Source: an uncultured delta proteobacterium
GTDB lineage: Bacteria > Desulfobacterota > Binatia > UBA9968
DNA: 64,000 nucleotides
Assembly (NCBI GenBank): GCA_963816145.1
Contig: CAWFJP010000014.1
Span: forward strand, 544,001-608,000
Direction: 5' to 3'
Part shown: one piece after another, positions 18,182-28,875 of the stretch
Numbering within the stretch: position 1 is the stretch's first letter
Layout: every line of letters begins with the position of its first letter
The notes under the pieces: generated by a model
Seen by the model: only the letters and a program-made list of their open reading frames with translations
Database searches by the model: none
What the model was told of the DNA's origin: nothing
Position numbers and translations under genes: made by a program

Positions 18182-19172
18182 ATGAGAATCACACTGCTAT
18201 GTCTTTCGATCGTTGCTCTACTGACTGTTTGTGCGTCCGCGCGCGCGCAGCAATCCGCAAAAATTCCACGAGTAGGTTATCTCGGAGGCGGGAGTTCTAG
18301 ATCTCTCATTTTGGACTCCTTCCGGCTGGGCTTGCGCGAGCTTGGCTACGTTGACGGTCAGAATATCGTAATTGAGGGCCGACCTTACAATGGCGATCCG
18401 CAGTTGGAGAAATCAGCTGCCGAGCTCGTGCAACTTGACGTAAACGCGATTGTGGCACAAGGCACGGAGTCTGTTCGCGCGGCAATGAAGGTAACGAACA
18501 CGATCCCCATCGTAATAATCGTTCCAAATGCTGCGCATAACTTTGTCGCGAGCTTGGAACGGCCTGGCGGTAACGTTACCGGTGTAAGAGGGCTGACGGC
18601 GGAGTTAGGCGGAAAATGGCTGGAACTCTTAAAGGAGACGATTCAGAGTGTGAAGCGGGTTACTGTGTTTTGGAATCGGGCAGCGGAAGACAAGCTTCCG
18701 ATATGGAAAAGTGTCGAGTTGGCGGCTCGTTCTTTAAAGTTAGAACTGGACTGGTTAGAGGTGGGGGGGGAGGTGGGCGTGGGGTTACCCGTGGGATGAG
18801 ATCGCTCGCCGGTTCCACTCCGCGGTCTGGCGCGGAGCGGACGGCTTCATAGTGCTGCCGGGATTTTTTGGGTCGGTTAAAGCCACAACTGAAATGATCG
18901 ATCTGGCAAAAAAAAATCGGCTGCCGGGAATGTTTTGGTCAAGCAGCTTGGCGGAAATGGGAGGTCTTATGTCCTACGGTGCCAACAGCATCGAGCAGTC
19001 CCGCCGGGCAGCGTATGTGTTGGATAGAATCCTAAAAGGCGCCAAGCCGGCCGAACTTCCCGTGGAGCGGCCAACCCAATTTGAGCTGGTGATCAATTTG
19101 AAGACCGCGAAAGAGATTGGTGTGACGATTCACCCCGAGGTGCTGATGTGGGCGGATAGAGTGATCAAGTGA
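18182..19172 (+). CDS. ABC_sub_bind (PF04392-type) substrate-binding protein 1 (frameshifted)
   Basis: AQQ..KIPRVGYL, SLERPGGNVTG, GGLMSYG, ILKGAKPAELPVERPTQFELVINLKTAK. Confidence 0.88.
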
Positions 19173-19225
19173 CCGCAGAATACAAAAGGCAATAGAAAAT
19201 TAGCAGAAGGAGAATAGACAAACCA

Positions 19226-20228
19226 ATGAGAAAAACAATCTTTCTCTTCCTTTTTGCCACTCTAGTTCTAGCCAATGTTCATCTAGCTGACGCGCAGCCG
19301 TCGCGAAAGGTCGTTCGCATCGGCTACTTGGCAAACCGTCCACCCCCTTCAGGCTTGGATACGAACAGGAAAGACTTCCTCGACGAGCTGCGCAAGCTCG
19401 GATGGATTGAGGGTCAGAATATTGCGGTCGAGCAACGCTACTGGGAAAATCAGGTCGATCGACTCGTCGCTCAATCCGCCGAGCTGATTCGTCTCAAGGT
19501 AGATATCCTTGTGACAAGCACGGGATCAGCAGCTCAAGCTGCTAAGAGAGCCACTAACGTTATCCCCATTGTCATGGTTAGTTCGGCCGATGCAGTAAGA
19601 CAGGGACTCGCTACCAGCCTGGCGCGCCCGGGCGGGAATGTTACGGGTTGACCACCGCTTCGCCATGGGTCATCGGGAAACGGCTTGAACTCATGAAGGA
19701 GGCATTCCCCAAGGTGTCGCATGTAGCTGTCGTAGACTGTGGTGGGTTCGCCCAGATGATTCCATTGGTCGCTTTAGCGGTAAAACGCACTGGAATGAAG
19801 TGCAAGACGCGGCACGACTCCAAAAAATCGAGTTATTACCGGTCTCACTGCGAGGCCTCGGAGAGATCGAGGGAGCGCTAGGAGTGATCATGCGAGAGCG
19901 TGTTGATGCTTTGTTCGTGACCGACTGCACGACGGTGCCCGCTGGCGACTTTATCGCACTCGCGGTCAAGAGCCGGCTCCCGGCAACATATCCATTTAGT
20001 CTTTTCGTAACGAAAGGTGGCCTCATGTCTTACGGAGCAGACGAAAGAGCATCATATCGGCGCGCAGCCCACTTCGTCGACAAAATCTTGAACGGTGCGA
20101 ATCCAGCCGAATTACCTGTTGAGCAGCCCACGGAATTTGAGTTCGTGATCAATCTGAAGACAGCTAAACAAATAGGCGTTACGATTCCGCCCGAAGTACT
20201 CATGTGGGCCAATAAAGTAATCAAATGA
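19226..20228 (+). CDS. ABC_sub_bind substrate-binding protein 2 (frameshifted)
   Basis: SLARPGGNVTG, GGLMSYG, PAELPVEQPTEFEFVINLKTAKQIG. Confidence 0.88.
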
Positions 20229-20256
20229 CAGGTTGCTAGGCAGCGGTCATAACCGT

Positions 20257-22176
20257 ATGAGTAACTTCAAGGCTAAAATCGAAAGTCTAAAATCGCAAAT
20301 CGCTCCCTTCCTCTTGCGCCGCAGACGCGGCCGGCTTGTCCGCCATTACTTTCTCATTTCGCTATTGTTGATTGCCGGCGGATTGGTCAGTAGCGGCATG
20401 TTGGAAATCTATTTCCGCTATCGCGAAAGCCAGGAACAAATCGCCCGCCTCGAACGCGAGGCGGCTGCCGTGGCTGCCTTGAAGATCGAGCGGTTCGTTC
20501 AGGACATCGTGACCGCGATCAGATCAGCGACCAAGAGCCGCGAATCCGCTCAGAGCAACATTTCACCCGAATATCGATTTGAGCTGAAAAGGCTTCTCTA
20601 TCTAGCACCGGCAATAACCGAAGCCATAGCCTTGGATACCAGCGGAGCGAAACAAGCGCACGAATCCCGCGCTGGCGCCGTTTCTCACAATATAAGTTCG
20701 GATGTCAGTTCCACGCCTGGCTTTCAGCGTGCCATGCAAGGATTGCCCGATTATAGCCCGGTTTACTTCGTGCAGAACTCCGAGCCTCACATGACGATTA
20801 ATTATCCTATCGAGCAATACGCCGGGACGGTCATAGCCGTGCTTCGCGCGGAAGTAAATCTCAAGCACGTCTGGGACATTGTTTCCAGCATTAAAGCCGG
20901 GGAAGCGGGCTATGCCTATGTTGTTAGCCGGACCGGTGATCTTATCTCTCACCGGGATATCAGTTTGGTCTTACAACGAAGAAATTTAGGTCATCTCAAT
21001 CAGGTGAAAGCAGCGTTTCAGGCCGCTTCAGGTACACTCCGGCCTGAAGTGACGCTGGTTGATAATCTGGATGGAAAAAGAGTCATCAGTTCCTACGCGT
21101 TCATCCCACTCCTCCAATGGGTTGTGATCATCGAAAGACCCGAAGAAGAAGCTTATGCGCCGCTTCGTGCGTCAACGCTACGGACTGCCGCACTTCTTCT
21201 GGTGGCATTCATCATGGCGTTGTTGGCGGGTTTGTTTATGAGGCAACGCGTCGTTCGGCCTCTCGAGACCCTTCGTCGCGGCGTGGAGCGGATCGGCAAG
21301 GGAGATTTGGACCATCGGCTCGACATGAAGACCAGCGACGATATCGAGATTCTCGCCGATGAGTTCAACAAGATGGCGGCGCATGTCAAAGAAGGTTACA
21401 CGGACCTCGAACGCAAAGTGGCGGAGCGAACTCGTGAGCTGACCGTCGCCAATGTCCAACTTGCGGAACTTAATTCACTCAAGTTGCAGTTTCTCGCCAA
21501 TGTGAATCACGAGCTGCGTACTCCCCTGAGCGCGATCATCGGCTATGCCGGATTGGTGCTCAACGAAACCCAAGGCCAAATCTCCCCACTCCAAAAGGAG
21601 AACCTTCAAGACCTTCTCAAAAACGCGGAGCGGCTGCTCACGCTGATTGATAGTTTGCTCGACATCAGCGCGATTGAAGCCGGAAAATTGCCAGTGCGCG
21701 TCGAACCTGTGGACCTGGAAGAAATCGTCCGATCCGCTGTTACGACAATCGAATCGACGGTGGACAAGAATCATGTGCAGGTCATCCGTAGCACCGCTCT
21801 AAATATGCCGGTCTTCAACACGGATTGCGACAAATTGGGACAGATTCTGCTCAACCTCCTGGACAATGCAGCAAAGTTCACGGAGCGCGGCGAGATTCGA
21901 ATCTGCGCAGTGCGGGAGAACGGATCGGTCAAATTGGTCGTGTCCGACACGGGTATCGGCATTCCGGAGCAGGATCTAGACCGAGTCTTCGAAGAATTTC
22001 ACCGGGTTGGAAGGGCGAACGGCAAGAAATATCGCGGCACCGGCCTGGGGCTCGCTATCGTCAAGCGGCTTATCGTTCTATTGGGTGGGAGCATCGAAGT
22101 CTCGAGTAAATTGGGCGAGGGATCGAGCTTTACGGTGACGCTGCCGCTGGACTATAAATCGAGTACGGAAGTTTAA
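20257..22176 (+). CDS. Sensor histidine kinase (Cache-HAMP-HisKA-HATPase)
   Basis: Two TM helices, HAMP, NHELRTPL, NLLDNAAKFT, DTGIG and GTGLGLAI. Confidence 0.95.
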   Translation: MSNFKAKIESLKSQIAPFLLRRRRGRLVRHYFLISLLLIAGGLVSSGMLEIYFRYRESQEQIARLEREAAAVAALKIERFVQDIVTAIRSATKSRESAQSNISPEYRFELKRLLYLAPAITEAIALDTSGAKQAHESRAGAVSHNISSDVSSTPGFQRAMQGLPDYSPVYFVQNSEPHMTINYPIEQYAGTVIAVLRAEVNLKHVWDIVSSIKAGEAGYAYVVSRTGDLISHRDISLVLQRRNLGHLNQVKAAFQAASGTLRPEVTLVDNLDGKRVISSYAFIPLLQWVVIIERPEEEAYAPLRASTLRTAALLLVAFIMALLAGLFMRQRVVRPLETLRRGVERIGKGDLDHRLDMKTSDDIEILADEFNKMAAHVKEGYTDLERKVAERTRELTVANVQLAELNSLKLQFLANVNHELRTPLSAIIGYAGLVLNETQGQISPLQKENLQDLLKNAERLLTLIDSLLDISAIEAGKLPVRVEPVDLEEIVRSAVTTIESTVDKNHVQVIRSTALNMPVFNTDCDKLGQILLNLLDNAAKFTERGEIRICAVRENGSVKLVVSDTGIGIPEQDLDRVFEEFHRVGRANGKKYRGTGLGLAIVKRLIVLLGGSIEVSSKLGEGSSFTVTLPLDYKSSTEV

Positions 22177-22190
22177 AATTAGCACAACCT

Positions 22191-23537
22191 ATGAGCGAAA
22201 ATATTCTGATCGTTGACGATGAGCCTTCCAACCGAAGAATCGTCGAGCAAGTCTGTGTCGCGCGCTGGCTACAGAGTCGAAACGGCGGAAGACGGCGCGG
22301 AAGCTCTCAAACAACTCGAAGCTTTTCATCCTGATCTGATTATTCTTGACTACATGATGCCCGGGCTGAGCGGCATGGACGTGCTGCGCGAGCTGCGTAG
22401 ACGGGAGGATGATACGCCGGTGATCATGGTTACAGCCTACGGCAATATCGAACGAGCCGTCGAAGCCATGCATGAAGGCGCTTACGACTTTATCACTCGC
22501 CCTTTCAAACCCGAGCATATCACGCACGTCGTGCAAAAAGCGTTGGAGCGCCAGCGGCTGAAGCGCGGCATCGAGATCCTCTCGGAGGAGGTGGGCGAAC
22601 GCTATCAATTGGTTGTCGGTGCAAGTGTCAGGATGAAGCAGGCCGTCGATCTGGCTGAGAAAGACCGCCGCCAGCAACGCCACTGTTTTGCTCCTCGGCG
22701 AAAGCGGCACGGGCAAAGAGATCTTCGCCCGCTCCATCCACAACTGGAGTGCGCGAGTGGACAGACCGTTTATCGCAATAAACTCGGTCGGACTTTCCAA
22801 GGAGCTTCTCGAGAGCGAGTTGTTTGGCTACGAGCAAGGCGCATTCACTGGAGCTCAGCGGCGCAAAAAAGGTAAAGTGGAATTAGCCGAAGGCGGGACC
22901 ATTTTTTTCGACGAGATCGGCGATATCTCTCAGGATCTCCAGGCGAAACTTTTGAGATTTTTACAGGAACGCGAGTTCGAGCGTGTCGGCGGAGCGACTC
23001 CCATAGCCGTTGACGTTCGGGTTATCGCTGCGACCAATCGCGACCTGGAGCGCTGTGTTCGGGAAGGACTGTTCCGCGAAGATCTTTACCACCGCCTCAA
23101 TGTTGTCGCCATTAAGCTCCCGCCATTGAGGGAACGGCGTGAAGATTTGCCTAGTTTATTGGAATATTTTTTGCGCAAGCACGCCACGGCAACTGGTAAA
23201 GATTGTCACCGGCTTCACCGACGAAGCCCGCGAGCGCATGGCAGCCTACAACTGGCCCGGTAACGTTCGCGAGGTATCGAATGTTATAGAGCGGGCGGTC
23301 GTGCTCAGTACCGGCCCGACCATCACTTTAAGAAACCTGCCCAGCAGAATCGCCAACGGAGAAGGTTCGGGACTATCTGAGAACCTGTCGTATCGAGATG
23401 GTATGAACGCGGCGAGGAAGCTGTTAATCCTCAAAGCGCTTTCCCGGACTCAAGGCAATCGCGCCGCCGCAGCCAAGCTGCTCGGTCTCGAATCCAAGTA
23501 CCTTTTGAAACTTATGAAGTCTCTCGAAATCGAATGA
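22191..23537 (+). CDS. NtrC-type sigma54-dependent response regulator (frameshifted)
   Basis: REC (LDYMMPG), [21 protein letters not shown] and C-terminal HTH across three frames. Confidence 0.92.
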
Positions 23538-23584
23538 CGCGTTAGCTGCCGGTCGTGGGTTGGAGTGAAGCAACCCCGATGGGT

Positions 23585-23700
23585 CGATGTCGACCAAAGT
23601 CGCGGTGCGTCGGAAGATGGGCGTCGGAATCGTGCTAGCGGATTCGATCAAGTCGGAACTCGCATCCGGCGAATTCAAGATTTTGAAAGTTTTAGGGCCT
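23585..23700 (+). pseudogene. LysR substrate-binding domain fragment (C-terminal part)
   Basis: KVAVRRKMGVGIVLADSIKSELASGEFKILKV resembles LysR C-termini. Confidence 0.6.
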
Positions 23701-23749
23701 GGAGCTGGTCGCGCGGAGCTGCGTCGTTTAGCCAAACATAACTCACCCA

Positions 23750-23857
23750 TCATTTGCGTCGTTTCGTCGCTTTCATCCACGGGATCGGCTTGCCAAGAAG
23801 CGAACTTGGACCGATCAGAGAGGGTGTTTGTTTATAGCCCGGGAGTTTTAACCGTTC
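23750..23857 (-). repeat. Diverged duplicate of the last 108 bp of the caspase-fusion gene
   Basis: Aligns without gaps to 26788-26895 with ~9 mismatches, including the stop codon. Confidence 0.9.
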
Positions 23858-24006
23858 ATATCATTTCATTCGGACTAGGAATGTGAAGTTTGCCACGGCG
23901 AATCCCTTTAGCGGATGTCCACGTTTCATGCTTGGTTCATGTGTGACTCTGGTTAAAGCGATTCAAAAGTGCCCGAAAGCATTGCTACGATGACCTCCGG
24001 TCGGCG

Positions 24007-25068
24007 TTAACTTAATGCGACCCCTTTCTCCAGCAGAGCTTTAATCATCACCGCGGCGCCGCATTGCAGCGATACAGCCTGCGGATCGAATTGGCCGTCG
24101 GCAACATACTTTCCCTGTTCATAGTGATTCGAAAAACTCCATAAATAAGGAGTAGGCAAACGTTTGTTGCGATAACCGAAGCCGTTGAATTTCTCAAGCA
24201 GGTAGAGCATGTGAGGTATCGACCAGTCGGTAACGCTAGCCAGACCATCCAGTTTCAACGCGTCAGCTGCACTTTCTTCCCATTGGAAGGGTGGTGTGCC
24301 ATCGCGAGGTTGACCAGCGGGGACATGAGTAGTTTGTCTCGTTAGCGGATCGCCATTGTGCAAATGGCAAGCGAAGTTAAAGCCGCATTCCATGGCATGG
24401 ATGATCCCGACCATTGCCCATGGAACATTATTCACACTGGAACTGACGGACTCATAACGGCTCTGGTTTTTGAGTAACTGCTTAATATGCCAGTCGACTT
24501 TACTTTGTTGCTCCGCTTTGATGGCCATCGTTTCGAAAAACCGCTGGTATTCCAAGCGCAGGACTGTGAAGTCTTTACTGGTGTCTATGGTCAAATCGGT
24601 CGCCGGTATTTCAGGTGTTGATGGGGAACTAGGCGGCGCCGGCGGCGGGGGCGTTGGTTGGGTTGTTCTCGATGGAGGGACGGTTGTCGTACTGGAGGTG
24701 GATTCGGGAGATGCGGGTGGAGGTGTAGCCGGCGGATCAATCGCCCGAGGTGAAGGTTCTGAAAGCTCTCCGTTCCGGAGCAGTTGATGGGTCCGAGTAA
24801 TTACTCCTTCGATCGCTTTGACGAAGTCATCAAAGGGACCTAGACGCGCGCTGTTTACCACTCGTTCGAGCGAGATAGTCGCCCTTTGAATGGCATTCGC
24901 TGCATCTTGCAGGTCCGCCTGATTAATTCGTGCTCGAATATTGTTTAGTTGGTTGATAGCGTCAGTAATCGTAGCTTGTTCGGTAGCGTCGGTAGTCTGG
25001 CTGAATCGGTCGGTCAAGACATTTAAGGCTTCAGTGAGTTTTCCTCGCGCTTCGTTCTGGATTCCCAT
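24007..25068 (-). CDS. Lysozyme-family (COG5526-like) protein with N-terminal helical domain and Pro/Thr linker
   Basis: VPW..VGIIH.ME..FNF..HLHNGDPL...T.HVPAG, WEESAADAL, E.FNGFGY, PYLWS...Y..GKYVADG.FD. Confidence 0.82.
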   Translation of the reverse strand: MGIQNEARGKLTEALNVLTDRFSQTTDATEQATITDAINQLNNIRARINQADLQDAANAIQRATISLERVVNSARLGPFDDFVKAIEGVITRTHQLLRNGELSEPSPRAIDPPATPPPASPESTSSTTTVPPSRTTQPTPPPPAPPSSPSTPEIPATDLTIDTSKDFTVLRLEYQRFFETMAIKAEQQSKVDWHIKQLLKNQSRYESVSSSVNNVPWAMVGIIHAMECGFNFACHLHNGDPLTRQTTHVPAGQPRDGTPPFQWEESAADALKLDGLASVTDWSIPHMLYLLEKFNGFGYRNKRLPTPYLWSFSNHYEQGKYVADGQFDPQAVSLQCGAAVMIKALLEKGVALS

Positions 25069-25130
25069 ATTTTTAGCCTCCTCTTATGGCTCTCCAATGT
25101 CGTCGCCGGGCGTTGGCGATTACCCTGACT

Positions 25131-26087
25131 TTAAGCCCCCGCCCCGCGCAGGGTTGAATAGACCCTCCTCCATGTATCGGCATGCGCTGCCAGGCGAGCA
25201 GACTTCTCGGCGACAAAGGCGACGGACGCTGGGTTGCTGGGTTGCTGTACCGCCGTTACTAACTCGTCAAAGGTGTTTTGTAACTGCCCGAGCAGAACAA
25301 CGTAGTTAGAGACGACGATGCGGTAGTTTGAAATGCGATCCAAATGGTTTTTAGCAATTACCGGACTCTTCAACGCGTCGGCACTTGTTATACCTTTTAC
25401 AGATTGAAAAATTAGCGTGTTAAAAACTGCTGGCGCCCCATCTCGTAAACTTATCACCAACCTTTTCACATGGGGGGCCCCGGCTAGAACGAGGCGATTC
25501 ATCTCCTCGACATTCTTACGCTGAGCCGCGTCTCTAATGATCGGATCGAGTGCTGCGAGCGCTCCCGTAAATGCCGCGCCGCCTCCCGGTCCTGCCCCCA
25601 TAGCAATCAGTGCTGCAATGTTTCCACCGAGGTTTTGTATCTGCGCCGAGGTTTCGTCTAGATTGCGGCCTTCGGCGAGAGTCAATAGGACTTCCGAATA
25701 TCGGCCTATCAGGCGAATACCATCACGAATCCGTCGCGTTGTCGGTGGATCGCCGATTTCCGAATAATAAGGCGCGTCGGTAGTGCAGTAGCCATCGATG
25801 AACCCGACTTTGGCCCACTGTATCCCGGCACATTCCCCTTGAAAAGTGTTGTCTTTCGCGTTGGCTTCGGCGACAGTCTGACCCTGTCGCCGTTCCGCGA
25901 TGGCTAGGTCATCGAATAACGGCTGACTCGCCTCGTTGAAGGTGATAAAGGCGTTGTTAAAGAACCGGACTTCTTGGACTGGTGCTACAGCGCAGCTCGC
26001 TATTACTAAGAGCATGAGCGGAAGCGTGAAATTTAGACAGCGTTTCATCGTGCCCCGATCTGAGTATTCGTGACGTTGGATTGTCAT
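25131..26087 (-). CDS. Hypothetical helical lipoprotein
   Basis: Lipobox LVIASC; amphipathic helices with a central Gly/Ala hydrophobic segment; AGGAG RBS. Confidence 0.7.
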   Translation of the reverse strand: MTIQRHEYSDRGTMKRCLNFTLPLMLLVIASCAVAPVQEVRFFNNAFITFNEASQPLFDDLAIAERRQGQTVAEANAKDNTFQGECAGIQWAKVGFIDGYCTTDAPYYSEIGDPPTTRRIRDGIRLIGRYSEVLLTLAEGRNLDETSAQIQNLGGNIAALIAMGAGPGGGAAFTGALAALDPIIRDAAQRKNVEEMNRLVLAGAPHVKRLVISLRDGAPAVFNTLIFQSVKGITSADALKSPVIAKNHLDRISNYRIVVSNYVVLLGQLQNTFDELVTAVQQPSNPASVAFVAEKSARLAAHADTWRRVYSTLRGAGA

Positions 26088-26264
26088 GTTTTTCTCCTAA
26101 CTCATGCGTCCGTTGTGATAACGACTTCTGGTGAGTTCTCTATTTTTAGCAGTCCCCCATTGGAAGTATTTTTGCAGCAACAATAAGGCGAACAAGTGTC
26201 GACCGTGAATTTTACCTCGTTGGGACTAAAAAGTCAGTAGTAACTTTACTTCGATTCGGACCCG

Positions 26265-26570
26265 ATCATTTTGTGTCGCCCGCCCCGGAGTGTGACGAAA
26301 GCTTGGCAGCAGCTAGCCATAAGCGAGCCTTCGATTTCGCTCCATCTAAAGGAGTTACAACAGCACTACAGGACAATCTGTTTCGCAGGGCTTGGAATGG
26401 GGTGGTGCTCACTGCGGAGGGACAGGACTGTCTGCACCGGGTCGTTCCGATCCTCGATCAGTTGGCGGAGATGGAGAAGGGCGCTTGGGTAACCCAAAGT
26501 AAGGACACTTCACCAATGCTCCGGGTCGGCAGTTCTGGTGCCGAAACTATTAGCGCGCACGCGCCAGTAA
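26265..26570 (+). pseudogene. LysR N-terminal (HTH) fragment, frameshifted
   Basis: SVTKA.QQLAISEPSISLHLKELQ and LFRR...GVVLTAEGQ..L..V.PILDQL. Confidence 0.7.
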
Positions 26571-26787
26571 TATCCCGGTGTGGATCTTGAGAGTCGGACC
26601 CGGACTTCGGACCAGCTCGAACGGATGCTTTTGCTGTCATTGTTGGACTTGGCCGTGACCGGAACGAGCGCGGCGGACCGCAGTGAAGAGTTCAAAACGT
26701 TCAACTCGTTCAACCACTGCGCTCCATTCAAAACGTGTCGGACAGTGAATGATTGATGCCCTAAGGGTTCTGGCGGTTCGAAACGCC

Positions 26788-28557
26788 TCATTTGCGTCGT
26801 TTCGTCGCTTTCACCCACGGAATCGGCTTGCCAAGAAGCGAACCTGGACCGACCAATGAGGGCGTTTGTTTGTAGCCCAGGAGTTTTAACCGTTCGGCGG
26901 TGAGTTTGGTCAACCTGCGGAAGTTGGGATTAGCGCCTTTCTTGCGGGTTTCGCGCAAGATTTTCGCCAGGGCAAAAGTAAACGCGCCGTAGGAGTTGGC
27001 GCCGTCGCGGTACTCGTAAGAGAGTTCTTCTTCCTGGCAGGCTTCGACGATAATCGGCAAGTAAGCGCCATGATGATCGAGCTCTTTGCGCTCGCGATCG
27101 TAACGGTTGTTTGGCAGGCCGCGCAGGGAGACGCCGCGGCCGAGGCGGTGGGTCGCGCCGTTGGCGCCAAGAAACTGGGCGCCCTCGGATGATCTCGCCA
27201 ATGAGCGATTGGCTGTCTGTAAGTCGCGATCCTCCCACATTTCGAGCTCGCTGTTCCAACGCAGGGCGCGATGACGAATATCGTCCGGCGGGTTGATGCC
27301 GCGGGCACGCGGGCCGCCGTCGCGGCTCATGCCGCCTGAGTGACAGCAGTCGAAGATTGCCGCGAAGCGCGATTCGTAGGGCAGTTGGCTGTATAGGTTG
27401 ACGAACTGATTGTCGATGATGGCGCGCTGCGGGCTCCAGTCGAAATCGTGCGGCACTAGACACTCGTCATAATGGTCAACCTCCTCCTTGCTGCCGTAGG
27501 CGGGGATCTGCGCGCCGTGGCCTGAATAGAAAAGCACCCGTTCGTCGCCGCTTTGCACATCGTCAAGCAACCAGTGAAGCCGCTCCATGATACTGGCGGC
27601 GGTGGCTCGCTCGTTGAGGACGACGCGAATGTCTTCGGGGCGATAGCCGCATTCTTGCAGCACCGAACTCATCAAATAGGTGTCGTTGACGCAGCCTTCC
27701 AGGCAATTTGCCGGATTCGGATATTCGTTGATGCCGATCAACAAGGCGCGCCGGGCGGGCGGCGTCGTGAGCGCGCGGGTCGAGCGCAGCTCGCGCGTCA
27801 AAGCTCGCGCTACCTGGGCGCTGGCGACTTCCGGCCACACCCGAGCTTGGGTGTTGGTGTGGTTAAAATAGTAAAGCGGGTCATGGTTGAGCACGTCGTT
27901 GGGCTTGTCGAAGTCGGCAACGATCTGGGCGAAATTGGCGTCTTCGAGTTTAATTCTCGCGGTAAAAACATTGTCGTTTGAGTTATAAAGATGAAACCAC
28001 ATGCGCGCGTCGAGCGCTTCGATGCGTCCGGCAAAGCAATCGCGGACAAATGGGTTGCCGATCTGGGATCCGAAGGTCAGCAGTATCTTGTTATTCAGCG
28101 TGCCGGGGGTTCGGCGGCAAGTGTCGTAGGTGATCAATGAGCCAAGACTATGGGCAGCGATGACGTCATAAGAATCTGCCGCGAGTTTGGCGAGTAGCCG
28201 CTTGCGCAGCGCTGCGCGCAGGTCGTCTTCAGAAGCCCATTGCGCGACCATGCCCGCGGTCCAACGGATCTGTTCCGGCAAATCGAAGAGCCCCCGGCTT
28301 CCCGGCAACAGATCGCCGATGCCGTGGAACACGCCGCTGGCCAGAAGCTTCGCAAAGGCTTTGCCGTAGGTGACGGGGTCGTGCGGGGCGTGATCGAACA
28401 GATCGTCGTAGGTAAAAAAATCGCAGGTCACCGTGGCGTCAGCTGCCCAGCGCTGAATGTTTGCCGTGATCGCATTTGTCCACGACGGCACGAGATTAGG
28501 ATCGTCGTCGCCATGACCGACCCCATGGATGCAGAGAATGTTTAGTTGTTTGGGCAT
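26788..28557 (-). CDS. alpha/beta-hydrolase-caspase (peptidase C14) fusion
   Basis: N-half HGVG...AHSLGS nucleophile elbow, TFGS, D and H; C-half RALLIGINEY, LEGCVND, YSGHG, DCCHSGG. Confidence 0.88.
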   Translation of the reverse strand: MPKQLNILCIHGVGHGDDDPNLVPSWTNAITANIQRWAADATVTCDFFTYDDLFDHAPHDPVTYGKAFAKLLASGVFHGIGDLLPGSRGLFDLPEQIRWTAGMVAQWASEDDLRAALRKRLLAKLAADSYDVIAAHSLGSLITYDTCRRTPGTLNNKILLTFGSQIGNPFVRDCFAGRIEALDARMWFHLYNSNDNVFTARIKLEDANFAQIVADFDKPNDVLNHDPLYYFNHTNTQARVWPEVASAQVARALTRELRSTRALTTPPARRALLIGINEYPNPANCLEGCVNDTYLMSSVLQECGYRPEDIRVVLNERATAASIMERLHWLLDDVQSGDERVLFYSGHGAQIPAYGSKEEVDHYDECLVPHDFDWSPQRAIIDNQFVNLYSQLPYESRFAAIFDCCHSGGMSRDGGPRARGINPPDDIRHRALRWNSELEMWEDRDLQTANRSLARSSEGAQFLGANGATHRLGRGVSLRGLPNNRYDRERKELDHHGAYLPIIVEACQEEELSYEYRDGANSYGAFTFALAKILRETRKKGANPNFRRLTKLTAERLKLLGYKQTPSLVGPGSLLGKPIPWVKATKRRK

Positions 28558-28875
28558 CGGATAACCTCCTGAGGGAAAATTCGTTCAAGGGTTCAAGGTT
28601 CAAAAGGTCAATCTTCGTGAGTCGATTCCCATCACATTGCTGCGAAAAACAAATTTCTCATCTGAAGTCCGTCATTCCCGCATGCTTTAAGCGGGAATCC
28701 AGGCGAGACCCTAACCGAACCCGCGACCCAGTCAACCTCACTCAAGGTAATGCTGAGCGGCCCAGTCAAACCACCATTGAAATATTCAGGGGTCACGTCG
28801 TGATGACAAATTTCACCGCCGAGAGTTACATCGCCGCAGCCAGCCAAGGGCGCGGCTCTTGAAGCAACCAACTCT

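Noticed and set aside
18763-18770. G8 tract near the SBP frameshift as a phase-variation switch
   Set aside because: Cannot be distinguished from homopolymer sequencing error given the many indels in neighbouring genes
22191-23537. Programmed ribosomal frameshifting or split sigma54 regulator
   Set aside because: No slippery sites or stimulatory structures seen; indel errors are more parsimonious
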